Positions 7,268 to 14,401 of a stretch of DNA of 32,000 bases are shown here, one piece after another (within the stretch, counting starts at the first letter, position 1; the number at the start of each line of letters is the position of its first letter). The translations under genes were made by a program, and so were the position numbers. The notes beneath the pieces were generated by a model. It saw nothing but the letters and a program-made list of their open reading frames with translations. It searched no databases and was not told the origin of the DNA. Source of the DNA: Candidatus Velamenicoccus archaeovorus. GTDB lineage: Bacteria; Omnitrophota; Gorgyraeia; Velamenicoccales; Velamenicoccaceae. Where the stretch lies: contig NZ_CP019384.1 of the NCBI RefSeq assembly GCF_004102945.1, positions 210,001 to 242,000 of the forward strand, read 5' to 3'.

Positions 7268-7816
7268 ATGAAGGAGATCAGGATACACGCCAGGGCCGGA
7301 CAAGGGGCTATTACCACCGCCGGCATCCTGGGTTACGCTTATTTTTTGAAAGGCCAGTTTCCCTATGCCTTTCCTCATTTCGGCGCCGCGCGGATGGGCG
7401 CGCCGATGAACGCCTTTGTGCGTATTGACGATAAGCCTGTGCGTTTGAGGAGCCAGGTCTACGAGCCGGATTATCTGATCGTCGTGGATGCGACGCTGAT
7501 GAGAGGATATAATTGCTATGTCGGTTTCAAGGATGACGGCGTCGCGGTGGTGAATGAAAGGGACGGCGTTGAGATCCCCAAACCCAAAGGGAAACAGAAG
7601 CTTTTTATTGTTCCCGGCAACAAGATTTCCATGGATATCATGGGTAAGGCCCTGTTGGGCAATACCGTGCTTTTGGGGGCCTATGCGGCGGCGACGGGTC
7701 AGCTGACGCTTGATGATTTGACAAAGGCCATCCGTGAGCGGTTCGGCGGCAAGGGGCAGAAGGTCGTCGACATGAACGTTGAGGCGCTGAGGCGCGGATT
7801 TGATTTTGTCAAATAA
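7268..7816 (+). CDS. porG: Pyruvate (2-oxoacid):ferredoxin oxidoreductase, gamma subunit
   Basis: 182 aa. IRIHARAGQGAITTAGILGYA...FPHFGAARMGAPMNAFVRI is typical of POR/VOR gamma subunits. SD AAGGAGG lies 7 nt upstream. Confidence 0.85.
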   Translation: MKEIRIHARAGQGAITTAGILGYAYFLKGQFPYAFPHFGAARMGAPMNAFVRIDDKPVRLRSQVYEPDYLIVVDATLMRGYNCYVGFKDDGVAVVNERDGVEIPKPKGKQKLFIVPGNKISMDIMGKALLGNTVLLGAYAAATGQLTLDDLTKAIRERFGGKGQKVVDMNVEALRRGFDFVK

Positions 7817-8055
7817 GGCCATAATTTACAGAGCGATAGCGATGTAAATTATACGGCCGCATTTGACCCAGCACAAATTTTACTGTGTTCTTATTTCAAA
7901 CAAGGAAGGATGGCACGTAAAACAGCAATTATGTTTCTTGTGCCACCATGTGGTAAAATTCGTGCTGGGTTTAATTCGCGGACGTCCCGCAAGAAACCGG
8001 GACTACAGTTTATCTCGTCCTTTGGACTCCATAAACTGTCCGCTCATTAAAGGAG
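7817..8055 (+). repeat. Mosaic structured intergenic element, locus F (porG-porD spacer), ending in the porD SD
   Basis: Hairpin GGCCATAATTTACA...TGTAAATTATACGGCC (7817-7858). P1 GACCCAGCAC (7865-7874) / GTGCTGGGT (7962-7970). P2 AAATTTTAC (7875-7883) / GTAAAATT (7953-7960). A 3' domain is closed by GCGGAC (7977-7982) / GTCCGC (8038-8043), followed by AAAGGAG and ATG 8062. Confidence 0.65.
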
Positions 8056-8061
8056 ATACGC

Positions 8062-8325
8062 ATGAAAGGTCATATGACGTCAAAGCCGGGTTCCAGCGTC
8101 GCCAACAAGACGGGTTCCTGGCGCACGGAAGTCAAGCCGAAGTTTCTCAGGAAGAACTGCATCGCCTGCAGGATGTGCGTGTATATTTGTCCCGAAGGGA
8201 TCATCTCCGGCGAAGGGAAGAACACGTTTGGCTGCGATCTGGATTATTGCAAGGGTTGCGGGAGCTGCGCGGCCATCTGTCCGAAAAAGGATATCGAGAT
8301 GGTTTCTGAGGACGAGAAGATATAG
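8062..8325 (+). CDS. porD: Pyruvate:ferredoxin oxidoreductase, delta subunit (2x[4Fe-4S] ferredoxin-like)
   Basis: 87 aa with two cluster motifs, CIACRMCVYICP and CKGCGSCAAICP. Confidence 0.85.
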   Translation: MKGHMTSKPGSSVANKTGSWRTEVKPKFLRKNCIACRMCVYICPEGIISGEGKNTFGCDLDYCKGCGSCAAICPKKDIEMVSEDEKI

Positions 8326-8376
8326 CCTGTCCCGGCCTTGTTTTGTCGGGGTCTATTTACCAGAGAGGATGTTCAT

Positions 8377-9555
8377 ATGAAAGAGTTTGTAGAAGGTTCC
8401 CATGCGGTAGCAGAGATCATCAAGAGGTGCCGCCCCGGCGTCGTATCGGCGTATCCAATCACGCCGCAGACGCATATCGTTGAGGACCTCGCCCAGATGG
8501 TTTCGAACAAGGAGTTGAACGCGCAGTTCGTCAACGTCGAGAGCGAGCATTCCGCGGCATCCGTGGTCCTCGGCGGCGAAGCCACGGGCGTGCGTTCTTA
8601 TACCGCGACGAGTTCCCAGGGGTTGCTCTTGATGGCCGAGGTCGTTTTTAATATCGCCGGCATGCGTCTGCCCGTCGTCATGACGACGGCCAATCGCGCC
8701 ATTTCAGCTCCGATCAACATCTGGAACGATCAACAGGATGTCATGGTCGTCAGGGATTCCGGATGGGTCTTGTTCTTTGCCGAAAGCATCCAGGAGGCTG
8801 TCGATCTGCACCTCCAGGCTTACAAGCTCGGCGAGGATCCGGATGTCATGCTGCCCGTGATGGTCAATATGGACGGCTTTATTCTCACACACGGCATGGA
8901 GGTTGTGGACATGCCTTCTCAGGAAGAGGTGGACCGGTATCTGCCTGCCTACAAGACGACCTATAAGCTCGATATCGACAATCCCCAGACGATGGGGTAT
9001 CTGGCGGATCCGGATTATTATCTGGAGATCCGCTACATGGTCCAGGAGACACACAGGGAGCTTTTGAGCAAGATCCCCGGGCTCGCCGCCGAGTTCAAGA
9101 AGGCTTTCGGCCGCGAGAGCGGCGGCCTTATCCAGACCTATCGCATGGAAGATGCCGAGCAGGCTTTTGTGGCGGCCGGCTCTGTCTGCGGGACGATCCG
9201 CGACGCGATCGACGAGTTGCGCGCCAAGGGAAAGAAGGTGGGGCTGGTCAAGATAGCCACCTACCGGCCTTTCCCGAAAGATGCGATCGTCGCCAGCCTC
9301 AAGAATGTCAGGGAAGTGGCGGTCGTGGATAAGAGTATTTCTCTGGGAGGTTTCGGTCCTTTTTACACGGATGTGACGTCGGCCTTGTCGTCTTTGGGGA
9401 CGAAGGCCCCCAAGACGAGCGGTTTCGTCCTGGGTCTGGGCGGCCGTGACATCCGGGTCAAGTCTATCCTCGACGTTTATGAGGCGCTGGGCGGCAAGCA
9501 GGTGGATTGCGCCTTTATCGGCTTAAAGCAGGAATTGCTTGCGGAGACGAAATGA
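8377..9555 (+). CDS. porA: Pyruvate:ferredoxin oxidoreductase, alpha subunit
   Basis: MKEFVEGSHAVAEIIKRCRPGVVSAYPITPQTHIVE... is the canonical POR alpha N-terminus. SD AGAGAGGA lies 7 nt before ATG 8377. The track start 8338 adds 13 unsupported residues. Confidence 0.9.
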   Translation: MKEFVEGSHAVAEIIKRCRPGVVSAYPITPQTHIVEDLAQMVSNKELNAQFVNVESEHSAASVVLGGEATGVRSYTATSSQGLLLMAEVVFNIAGMRLPVVMTTANRAISAPINIWNDQQDVMVVRDSGWVLFFAESIQEAVDLHLQAYKLGEDPDVMLPVMVNMDGFILTHGMEVVDMPSQEEVDRYLPAYKTTYKLDIDNPQTMGYLADPDYYLEIRYMVQETHRELLSKIPGLAAEFKKAFGRESGGLIQTYRMEDAEQAFVAAGSVCGTIRDAIDELRAKGKKVGLVKIATYRPFPKDAIVASLKNVREVAVVDKSISLGGFGPFYTDVTSALSSLGTKAPKTSGFVLGLGGRDIRVKSILDVYEALGGKQVDCAFIGLKQELLAETK

Positions 9556-9556
9556 G

Positions 9557-9987
9557 CATTGAACTTTTGCTCGAAACGCTCGAAAATTTCTGCCAAGACT
9601 CGGCCAGCGAAGCTGGCCAGTCGGCAAAAATTTCCTACCTGGCAAAATGGAGTTTTGCCGAGACTCGGGATTAATTTTGTAACCCACGAGGGGTAGGCCT
9701 TCCCCATACCATTAAAGGAAGGGCCTAATTTTGCGCCGCAGAAAGCGGCGCACTGGCCCTTCCGATATGGCCAGGTGTAAGGAAGAGAAACCCTGTTATA
9801 GGCAAAATAAGGAATAAACGTTTATCCCTCGTCTCAACGCTTGTAAATTTTTGCCACGACGGGTCGGCAAAAATTTCCTGCGCAGACTCGGGATTAACCC
9901 CACAAGGGGGTAGACCTGCGCAATACCGAATAAGCGAAGGGTCTAATTTTGTAAGGAAAGGGCCTAATTATAGGCAAAATTAAGGAG
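9557..9987 (+). repeat. Mosaic structured intergenic elements, locus A (tandem units A1 ~9557-9815 and A2 ~9816-9987) between porA and porB
   Basis: A2 has P1 TCCCTCGTCT (9825-9834) / AGACTCGGGA (9884-9893), P2 AAATTTTTGCC (9845-9855) / GGCAAAAATTT (9866-9876), CCCC-ACAA-GGGG (9898-9909), TAGACC (9911-9916) / GGTCTA (9940-9945) and closing ATTTTGT...GGCAAAAT, followed by TAAGGAG (to 9987) and ATG 9995. A1 has the same plan plus extra hairpins. Confidence 0.8.
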
Positions 9988-9994
9988 CTTAACA

Positions 9995-10864
9995 ATGACA
10001 GAGACGTTATTCAAGCCGGGTCATACAGCGTGCGCAGGATGCGGTCAGGCGATCGCGGCGCGCCTGGTCATTGATGCCGCCGGAAAAAACACCATGATCG
10101 CCAACAATACCGGGTGCCTGGAGGTATTCTCGACGAAATACCCGGAATCGGCATGGTGCGTTCCGTGGATCCATTCGCTCTTCGAGAACTGCGCGGCTGT
10201 GGCTTCGGGTGTTGAATCCGGGCTGAAGTATCTGGGTAAGAAAGACGCGATCAACGTGATCGCGCAGGGCGGAGACGGCGGGACGGCCGATATCGGCCTC
10301 CAGGCGCTCTCCGGGATGCTGGAGCGCGGCCACGATGTGCTTTATGTCTGCTATGACAATGAGGCTTACATGAATACGGGGATCCAGCGCAGCGGCTTAA
10401 CGCCGACGACCTCCAACACAACGACAACTCCACCGGGATCCGCTTCTTTCGGCAATCCCCGGCCCAAGAAACCCATGCCGGACATCGCCGCCGCCCACGG
10501 CATCCCCTATGTGGCGACAGCCTCCGTCGGCTATCCTCAGGATATCCAGAAGAAAGTCAAGAAGGCCCTGAGCATCAAAGGGCCGAAATACATCCAGATC
10601 CATGTGCCGTGCCCCCTGGGGTGGAGGCATGAATCTTCCCAGACATCCGAAGTGGCCAAGCTTGCGGTTGAGACAGGGCTTTATCCGATCTTCGAATACG
10701 AGAACGGCCAGCTCGTCCCGCGCAAGATCGCCTCTGTCAAGCCCGTCGAGGAATACCTTAAGATCCAGGGGCGGTTTAAGCATCTTCTCAAGGACGAGAA
10801 AGGCCTCAAGGAAATCCAGGCCGTCGCGGATTACAATATCCGTAAGTACGGCCTCTCCGTTTAA
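9995..10864 (+). CDS. porB: Pyruvate:ferredoxin oxidoreductase, beta subunit (TPP-binding)
   Basis: 289 aa with CAGCG near the N-terminus, GGDGGTADIG and YDNEAYMNTG (TPP motif region). Confidence 0.9.
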   Translation: MTETLFKPGHTACAGCGQAIAARLVIDAAGKNTMIANNTGCLEVFSTKYPESAWCVPWIHSLFENCAAVASGVESGLKYLGKKDAINVIAQGGDGGTADIGLQALSGMLERGHDVLYVCYDNEAYMNTGIQRSGLTPTTSNTTTTPPGSASFGNPRPKKPMPDIAAAHGIPYVATASVGYPQDIQKKVKKALSIKGPKYIQIHVPCPLGWRHESSQTSEVAKLAVETGLYPIFEYENGQLVPRKIASVKPVEEYLKIQGRFKHLLKDEKGLKEIQAVADYNIRKYGLSV

Positions 10865-11017
10865 AGCGCAGGGATAAGAAAAACCTATGCGGCTCCCTGT
10901 TTAAGCGCTTGATGATTTTTTCCAGGGTTCGGCCGGACAGGGCCGGCCAGCCGGGAAAAATTATCAAGCAGACCGGGAGTTGGTTTTGCAGGGCGATGGC
11001 CCGGAAGGGACAAAACC
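10864..11017 (+). repeat. Mosaic structured intergenic element, locus J (porB-rubredoxin spacer)
   Basis: Hairpin AAGCGCAGGGA...TCCCTGTTTAAGCGCTT. P2-like CTTGATGATTTTTTCC (10908-10923) / GGGAAAAATTATCAAG (10953-10968) encloses GGCCGG...CCGGCC. The 5' part GCGCTTGATGATTTTTTCCAGGGTTCGGCCG parallels E1 GCGCTTGTAAGTTTTTCCAGGGTAGGCCG. The closing stem GGTTTTG (10982-10988) / CAAAACC (11011-11017) ends 1 nt before ATG 11019. Confidence 0.6.
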
Positions 11018-11018
11018 A

Positions 11019-11180
11019 ATGGAAAAATGGGAGTGCACCGTTTGCGGCTACATTTACGATCCCGCCAAAGGCGATCCTGACAACGGCGTTGCGCCGGGCA
11101 CAAGGTTTGAAGATATCCCCGACACTTGGGTTTGCCCTGAGTGCGGCGTCCCCAAAGATAATTTCCGCAAACTCGCCTGA
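11019..11180 (+). CDS. Rubredoxin
   Basis: 53 aa, [15 protein letters not shown]...[13 protein letters not shown], with two CxxCG knuckles. The track ORF start 10980 lies in the repeat. Confidence 0.9.
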   Translation: MEKWECTVCGYIYDPAKGDPDNGVAPGTRFEDIPDTWVCPECGVPKDNFRKLA

Positions 11181-11188
11181 TTTCGCCT

Positions 11189-12247
11189 ATGTCGCAGAGA
11201 ATTCCGACTTCTTCCATCGTCGCCTGGGAGCAGGCAGACGGATTTGGGGCCATGCTGCGGTCTTTGGCTGTTGCCGTCGCTTCATTATTGCTGCGTCCCG
11301 TTGATTTTTTCCGGACACTCAAGAGCGCCGGCGGCGTCCCTGTCCGCCAGAGGGTCATCCGCGCGCTGGTCTTTGCCCTCCTCTTGGGATATCTCAAATT
11401 GGCCTTCGATGTCGCCAACATCTTTTGGCTGAAACATCTTTCGAGCCATGTCATTTCCCCTGAGCTGCGGGCCCAGATGTCGTTTGTCACCTTTTCGGCC
11501 ATGCACTCGCCGTTTTTCGTCCTGCGGCCGCTTTTGGTCCTGGCCGTCACCCTGGTCTTTGTTTCGGCCGGCATCAAGCTTGTCCTTGGGTTCGATAAGT
11601 CCCTCTTTCCGGTTTTTTTCATTGTTTGCTACAAGAGTGCGGCGGACATTTTTTATGCGCTTCCTGTTGTGGGGGGATTGTTTGCGTCGGTCTGGGGTTT
11701 GGCCCTCATTTTGATAGGCGTACGCGAACTCTATGGTGTCCCGGTCTGGCGGGCGGTGACGTCCGCCGTTATCCTGCCGTTTTTACTGATATCATTCCTT
11801 GCGCTTTCCGTCGGGCCGGCCCTGAACCGGACCCTGATCAAGTTCTATCCGGAGCTCCGCAGCCAGGTCATGAGGTTGAACGACATGACCGCTTACATGT
11901 ATACGCTCAGCATCGTTAATGCCGCCAAGACCTATAAACAGGAGCTGGGCTTTTATCCCGTGAACCTCGATGTCTTGAAAAAATATATTTCCAGGTCCGT
12001 TACCGATGATGTAAGCGACCCCAACAACGCCAGCGGCTACGTTTATTCCTACATCAAGCAGGACGAGAGTCATTTTACCGTCCAGGCGTCTCCCGTAAAG
12101 ATGAATGCTTCGGGGCGTTTTGTTTTTTATTCCGACGAGACGGGGCAGGTGCGCTTGGGAGGGCCTTCCGGTGCCGTTATCAGGGATACGCAGGAACTTG
12201 AGATGCATGAGCAGGCGCCGGGGTCGAAAAAAGAAGGTGCATCATGA
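11189..12247 (+). CDS. Membrane protein: Yip1-like multi-TM N-terminal region plus C-terminal pseudopilin-like globular domain
   Basis: 352 aa. The N-terminal part has WE...G...LLLRPVDFFRTL and about five hydrophobic helices (Yip1-domain-like). The C-terminal ~120 aa (NAAKTYKQELGFYPVNLDVLKKYI...DPNNASGYVYSY...FTVQASP) resemble the soluble domain of GspG/type IV pilin-like proteins. ATGA overlap with fprA. Confidence 0.45.
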   Translation: MSQRIPTSSIVAWEQADGFGAMLRSLAVAVASLLLRPVDFFRTLKSAGGVPVRQRVIRALVFALLLGYLKLAFDVANIFWLKHLSSHVISPELRAQMSFVTFSAMHSPFFVLRPLLVLAVTLVFVSAGIKLVLGFDKSLFPVFFIVCYKSAADIFYALPVVGGLFASVWGLALILIGVRELYGVPVWRAVTSAVILPFLLISFLALSVGPALNRTLIKFYPELRSQVMRLNDMTAYMYTLSIVNAAKTYKQELGFYPVNLDVLKKYISRSVTDDVSDPNNASGYVYSYIKQDESHFTVQASPVKMNASGRFVFYSDETGQVRLGGPSGAVIRDTQELEMHEQAPGSKKEGAS

Positions 12248-13431
12248 AAACCGTCGAGCTGAAAAATAAGATTTACTGGGTCGGCGCTGTTGATCATCAC
12301 ATCAGGGATTTTCATGGCTATCGCACGCCTCAGGGAACAAGTTACAACGCTTATCTCATCGTGGATGATAGGCTCACCTTGGTCGACACCGTCAAAAAAG
12401 ATTTCGGGTGCGACCTGTTGCGCCATGTGGCCTCGATCGCAAACCCGGCGAAGATAGATAACCTCATCATCAATCATGTGGAGATGGACCATTCGGGTTC
12501 CATCCTCGAGGTCCTGGCGGCTGCCCCCAAAGCTAAAATCTATTGCACCCCGAAGGGAAAAGAAGGGCTCTTGAGGCATTACGGCATTCGTGACAGGGAA
12601 TTCCATCTGGTGAAAACAGGAGACAGGCTTTCGATAGGCCGCAAGACTCTTTTATTCTTTACGGCCCCTATGGTTCATTGGCCGGACAGCATGTTTACCT
12701 ATTGCGTGGAGGATAAGGTTCTTTTGCCGAATGACGCCTTCGGTCAGCATCTGGGGCATCCTTTGCGTTTCGCCGACGAGATAGGCGAGGATTATTGTAT
12801 GGAGGAGGCCGCCAAGTATTACGGCAATATCCTGATGCCCCTGGGCGACGTCATTGCAAAAAAGCTTGAAGAATTCACGGCATTGCAGCTGCCTATCGAC
12901 ATCATCGGCCCGAGCCATGGCGCCATCTGGCGCAAAAATCCGATGCGCGTCGTTGAGGCTTATGGGCGCTGGACCGCAAGAGAGACCCTTTCCAAGGTCG
13001 TCATTGTTTACGATACAATGTGGGGATCCACGGATAAACTGGCCAGGTCTTTGGCGGAGGAGATCGCCGTCCCGGGCGTGGAGGTGAAGATTTACAACAT
13101 CCGCAGCAGCGATAACAGCCAGATCATCCGCGATGTGCTGGATGCGCGCGTCCTGCTTTTGGGGTCGCCTACTCTCAACGCCGATATGTTCTGGACCATG
13201 GGCGGTTTCCTGACATATCTGCGCGGGCTAAAACCCAGAAACAAGAAAGTAGGGATATTCGGTTCCTACGGCTGGGCCGAGGGTGCATCGCGGCGCATCG
13301 CCGGTGAAGTCGAGGCCATGGGGCTGGAGTCGATCGGTCCTCCGTTCGAAGTTCAGTATGTGCCCTCAGAAGAAGAGTTGAGCAAACTGGCGGATTATGC
13401 TAAAGTGGTAGTCCAAGCGGCCCAAAGATGA
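12244..13431 (+). CDS. fprA: Flavodiiron protein (A-type flavoprotein FprA / rubredoxin:oxygen oxidoreductase)
   Basis: 395 aa. It has a metallo-beta-lactamase-like domain with the diiron motif HVEMDHSG and a C-terminal flavodoxin-like domain (VVIVYDTMWGSTDKLA...). Confidence 0.9.
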   Translation: MKTVELKNKIYWVGAVDHHIRDFHGYRTPQGTSYNAYLIVDDRLTLVDTVKKDFGCDLLRHVASIANPAKIDNLIINHVEMDHSGSILEVLAAAPKAKIYCTPKGKEGLLRHYGIRDREFHLVKTGDRLSIGRKTLLFFTAPMVHWPDSMFTYCVEDKVLLPNDAFGQHLGHPLRFADEIGEDYCMEEAAKYYGNILMPLGDVIAKKLEEFTALQLPIDIIGPSHGAIWRKNPMRVVEAYGRWTARETLSKVVIVYDTMWGSTDKLARSLAEEIAVPGVEVKIYNIRSSDNSQIIRDVLDARVLLLGSPTLNADMFWTMGGFLTYLRGLKPRNKKVGIFGSYGWAEGASRRIAGEVEAMGLESIGPPFEVQYVPSEEELSKLADYAKVVVQAAQR

Positions 13432-13494
13432 GAGGCAAGCAGGTCCGGAGAACTGTAAAAAGAGAACGCTAAAACGGGAAAAAAGGGGGTATCC

Positions 13495-13968
13495 ATGGGT
13501 AAAAAATTCAGAGAAACGTCAGGGGTCGATCTTAAGGAACTTATCGCGGATCTGAACCGCGCCTATTGCGATGAATGGCTGGCGTATTACGCTTATACCT
13601 ATATGGCTTCCGTTGTTTCCGGCAAGGGCTATGAGGATATGGAAGAGTTTCTCAAGAAGATTGCCGGCGACGAGCTGGAACACCAGGGCGAATTGGCGGA
13701 TATGATCATTAAGCTCGGCGGCATGCCCTTCAGGGCGTTCGGGGAGATCGAGAAGAATGCCAATTTCCCGTATCCGGCGCCGCCCAAAGAAACGGATGAT
13801 TACGACAAGATCATCAAGTTTGTGATGGAAGCCGAAGGCGGGGCCATCGAGGTTTACCGCAAGATCGCCAAGAAAACCCTCGGCAAAGAGGATGTGGTTT
13901 ATCAGTTGGCGACCCATATCCTTTCCGAAGAAGTGACGCACGAAGAGATGTTCGAAAACTTGAAATAA
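13495..13968 (+). CDS. Ferritin-like / Dps-like (DPSL-type) diiron protein
   Basis: 157 aa four-helix-bundle pattern with ExxH motifs (DELEHQGE, EEVTHEE) and AYYAYTYMA typical of bacterioferritin/Dps-like proteins. Confidence 0.7.
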   Translation: MGKKFRETSGVDLKELIADLNRAYCDEWLAYYAYTYMASVVSGKGYEDMEEFLKKIAGDELEHQGELADMIIKLGGMPFRAFGEIEKNANFPYPAPPKETDDYDKIIKFVMEAEGGAIEVYRKIAKKTLGKEDVVYQLATHILSEEVTHEEMFENLK

Positions 13969-14062
13969 GAAAAGAAGGCCCTTCGTTTCCGACTTAAACG
14001 CTGATAGAGACGAGGGGTCGATGTCAGACAAACAAATTCAGCGGGAAATCGAGAGGACAATA

Positions 14063-14245
14063 ATGGCAAAAGTTACCGTTGATGCGGCCACATGCGTCGG
14101 CTGCGGCCTATGCGAACAGAACTGTCCAGAAGTATTTGAAGTCAAGGATGACGGCATCGCTCATGTCAAGGCCCAGCAGTGTTCCAGTTGCAATCTGCAG
14201 GAGATTGCGGATATGTGCCCTGTGAACGCGATCAAGGTGGAGTAG
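14063..14245 (+). CDS. Small [4Fe-4S]/[3Fe-4S] ferredoxin
   Basis: 60 aa, MAKVTVDAATCVGCGLCEQNCPEVFEV...CSSC...CPVNAI. SD GAGAGGA lies 5 nt before ATG 14063. The track start 14021 is an in-frame alternative. Confidence 0.85.
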   Translation: MAKVTVDAATCVGCGLCEQNCPEVFEVKDDGIAHVKAQQCSSCNLQEIADMCPVNAIKVE

Positions 14246-14259
14246 TTTCCGCAAGGACC

Positions 14260-14302
14260 ACACCACCCGTTCTTCTATGAGAGCGGGTGGTGTTTTTGTT
14301 TT
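14260..14302 (+). terminator. Rho-independent terminator of the redox operon
   Basis: Perfect 10-bp stem ACACCACCCG (14260-14269) / CGGGTGGTGT (14284-14293) followed by TTTTTGTTTT. Confidence 0.8.
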
Positions 14303-14338
14303 ATCTCGGCTCGGCCTCCGGCCAGGCCGAGATAAAAC
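14298..14338. other. Second perfect 13-bp hairpin directly after the terminator
   Basis: GTTTTATCTCGGC (14298-14310) / GCCGAGATAAAAC (14326-14338) encloses GGCC-tcc-GGCC. Function unknown. Confidence 0.5.
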
Positions 14339-14401
14339 AATCCACTACCGTTTTGTGGCGGCCGGATGGATCAGGGGCCGAAGGTGAAACAGGGGGCGGT
14401 C

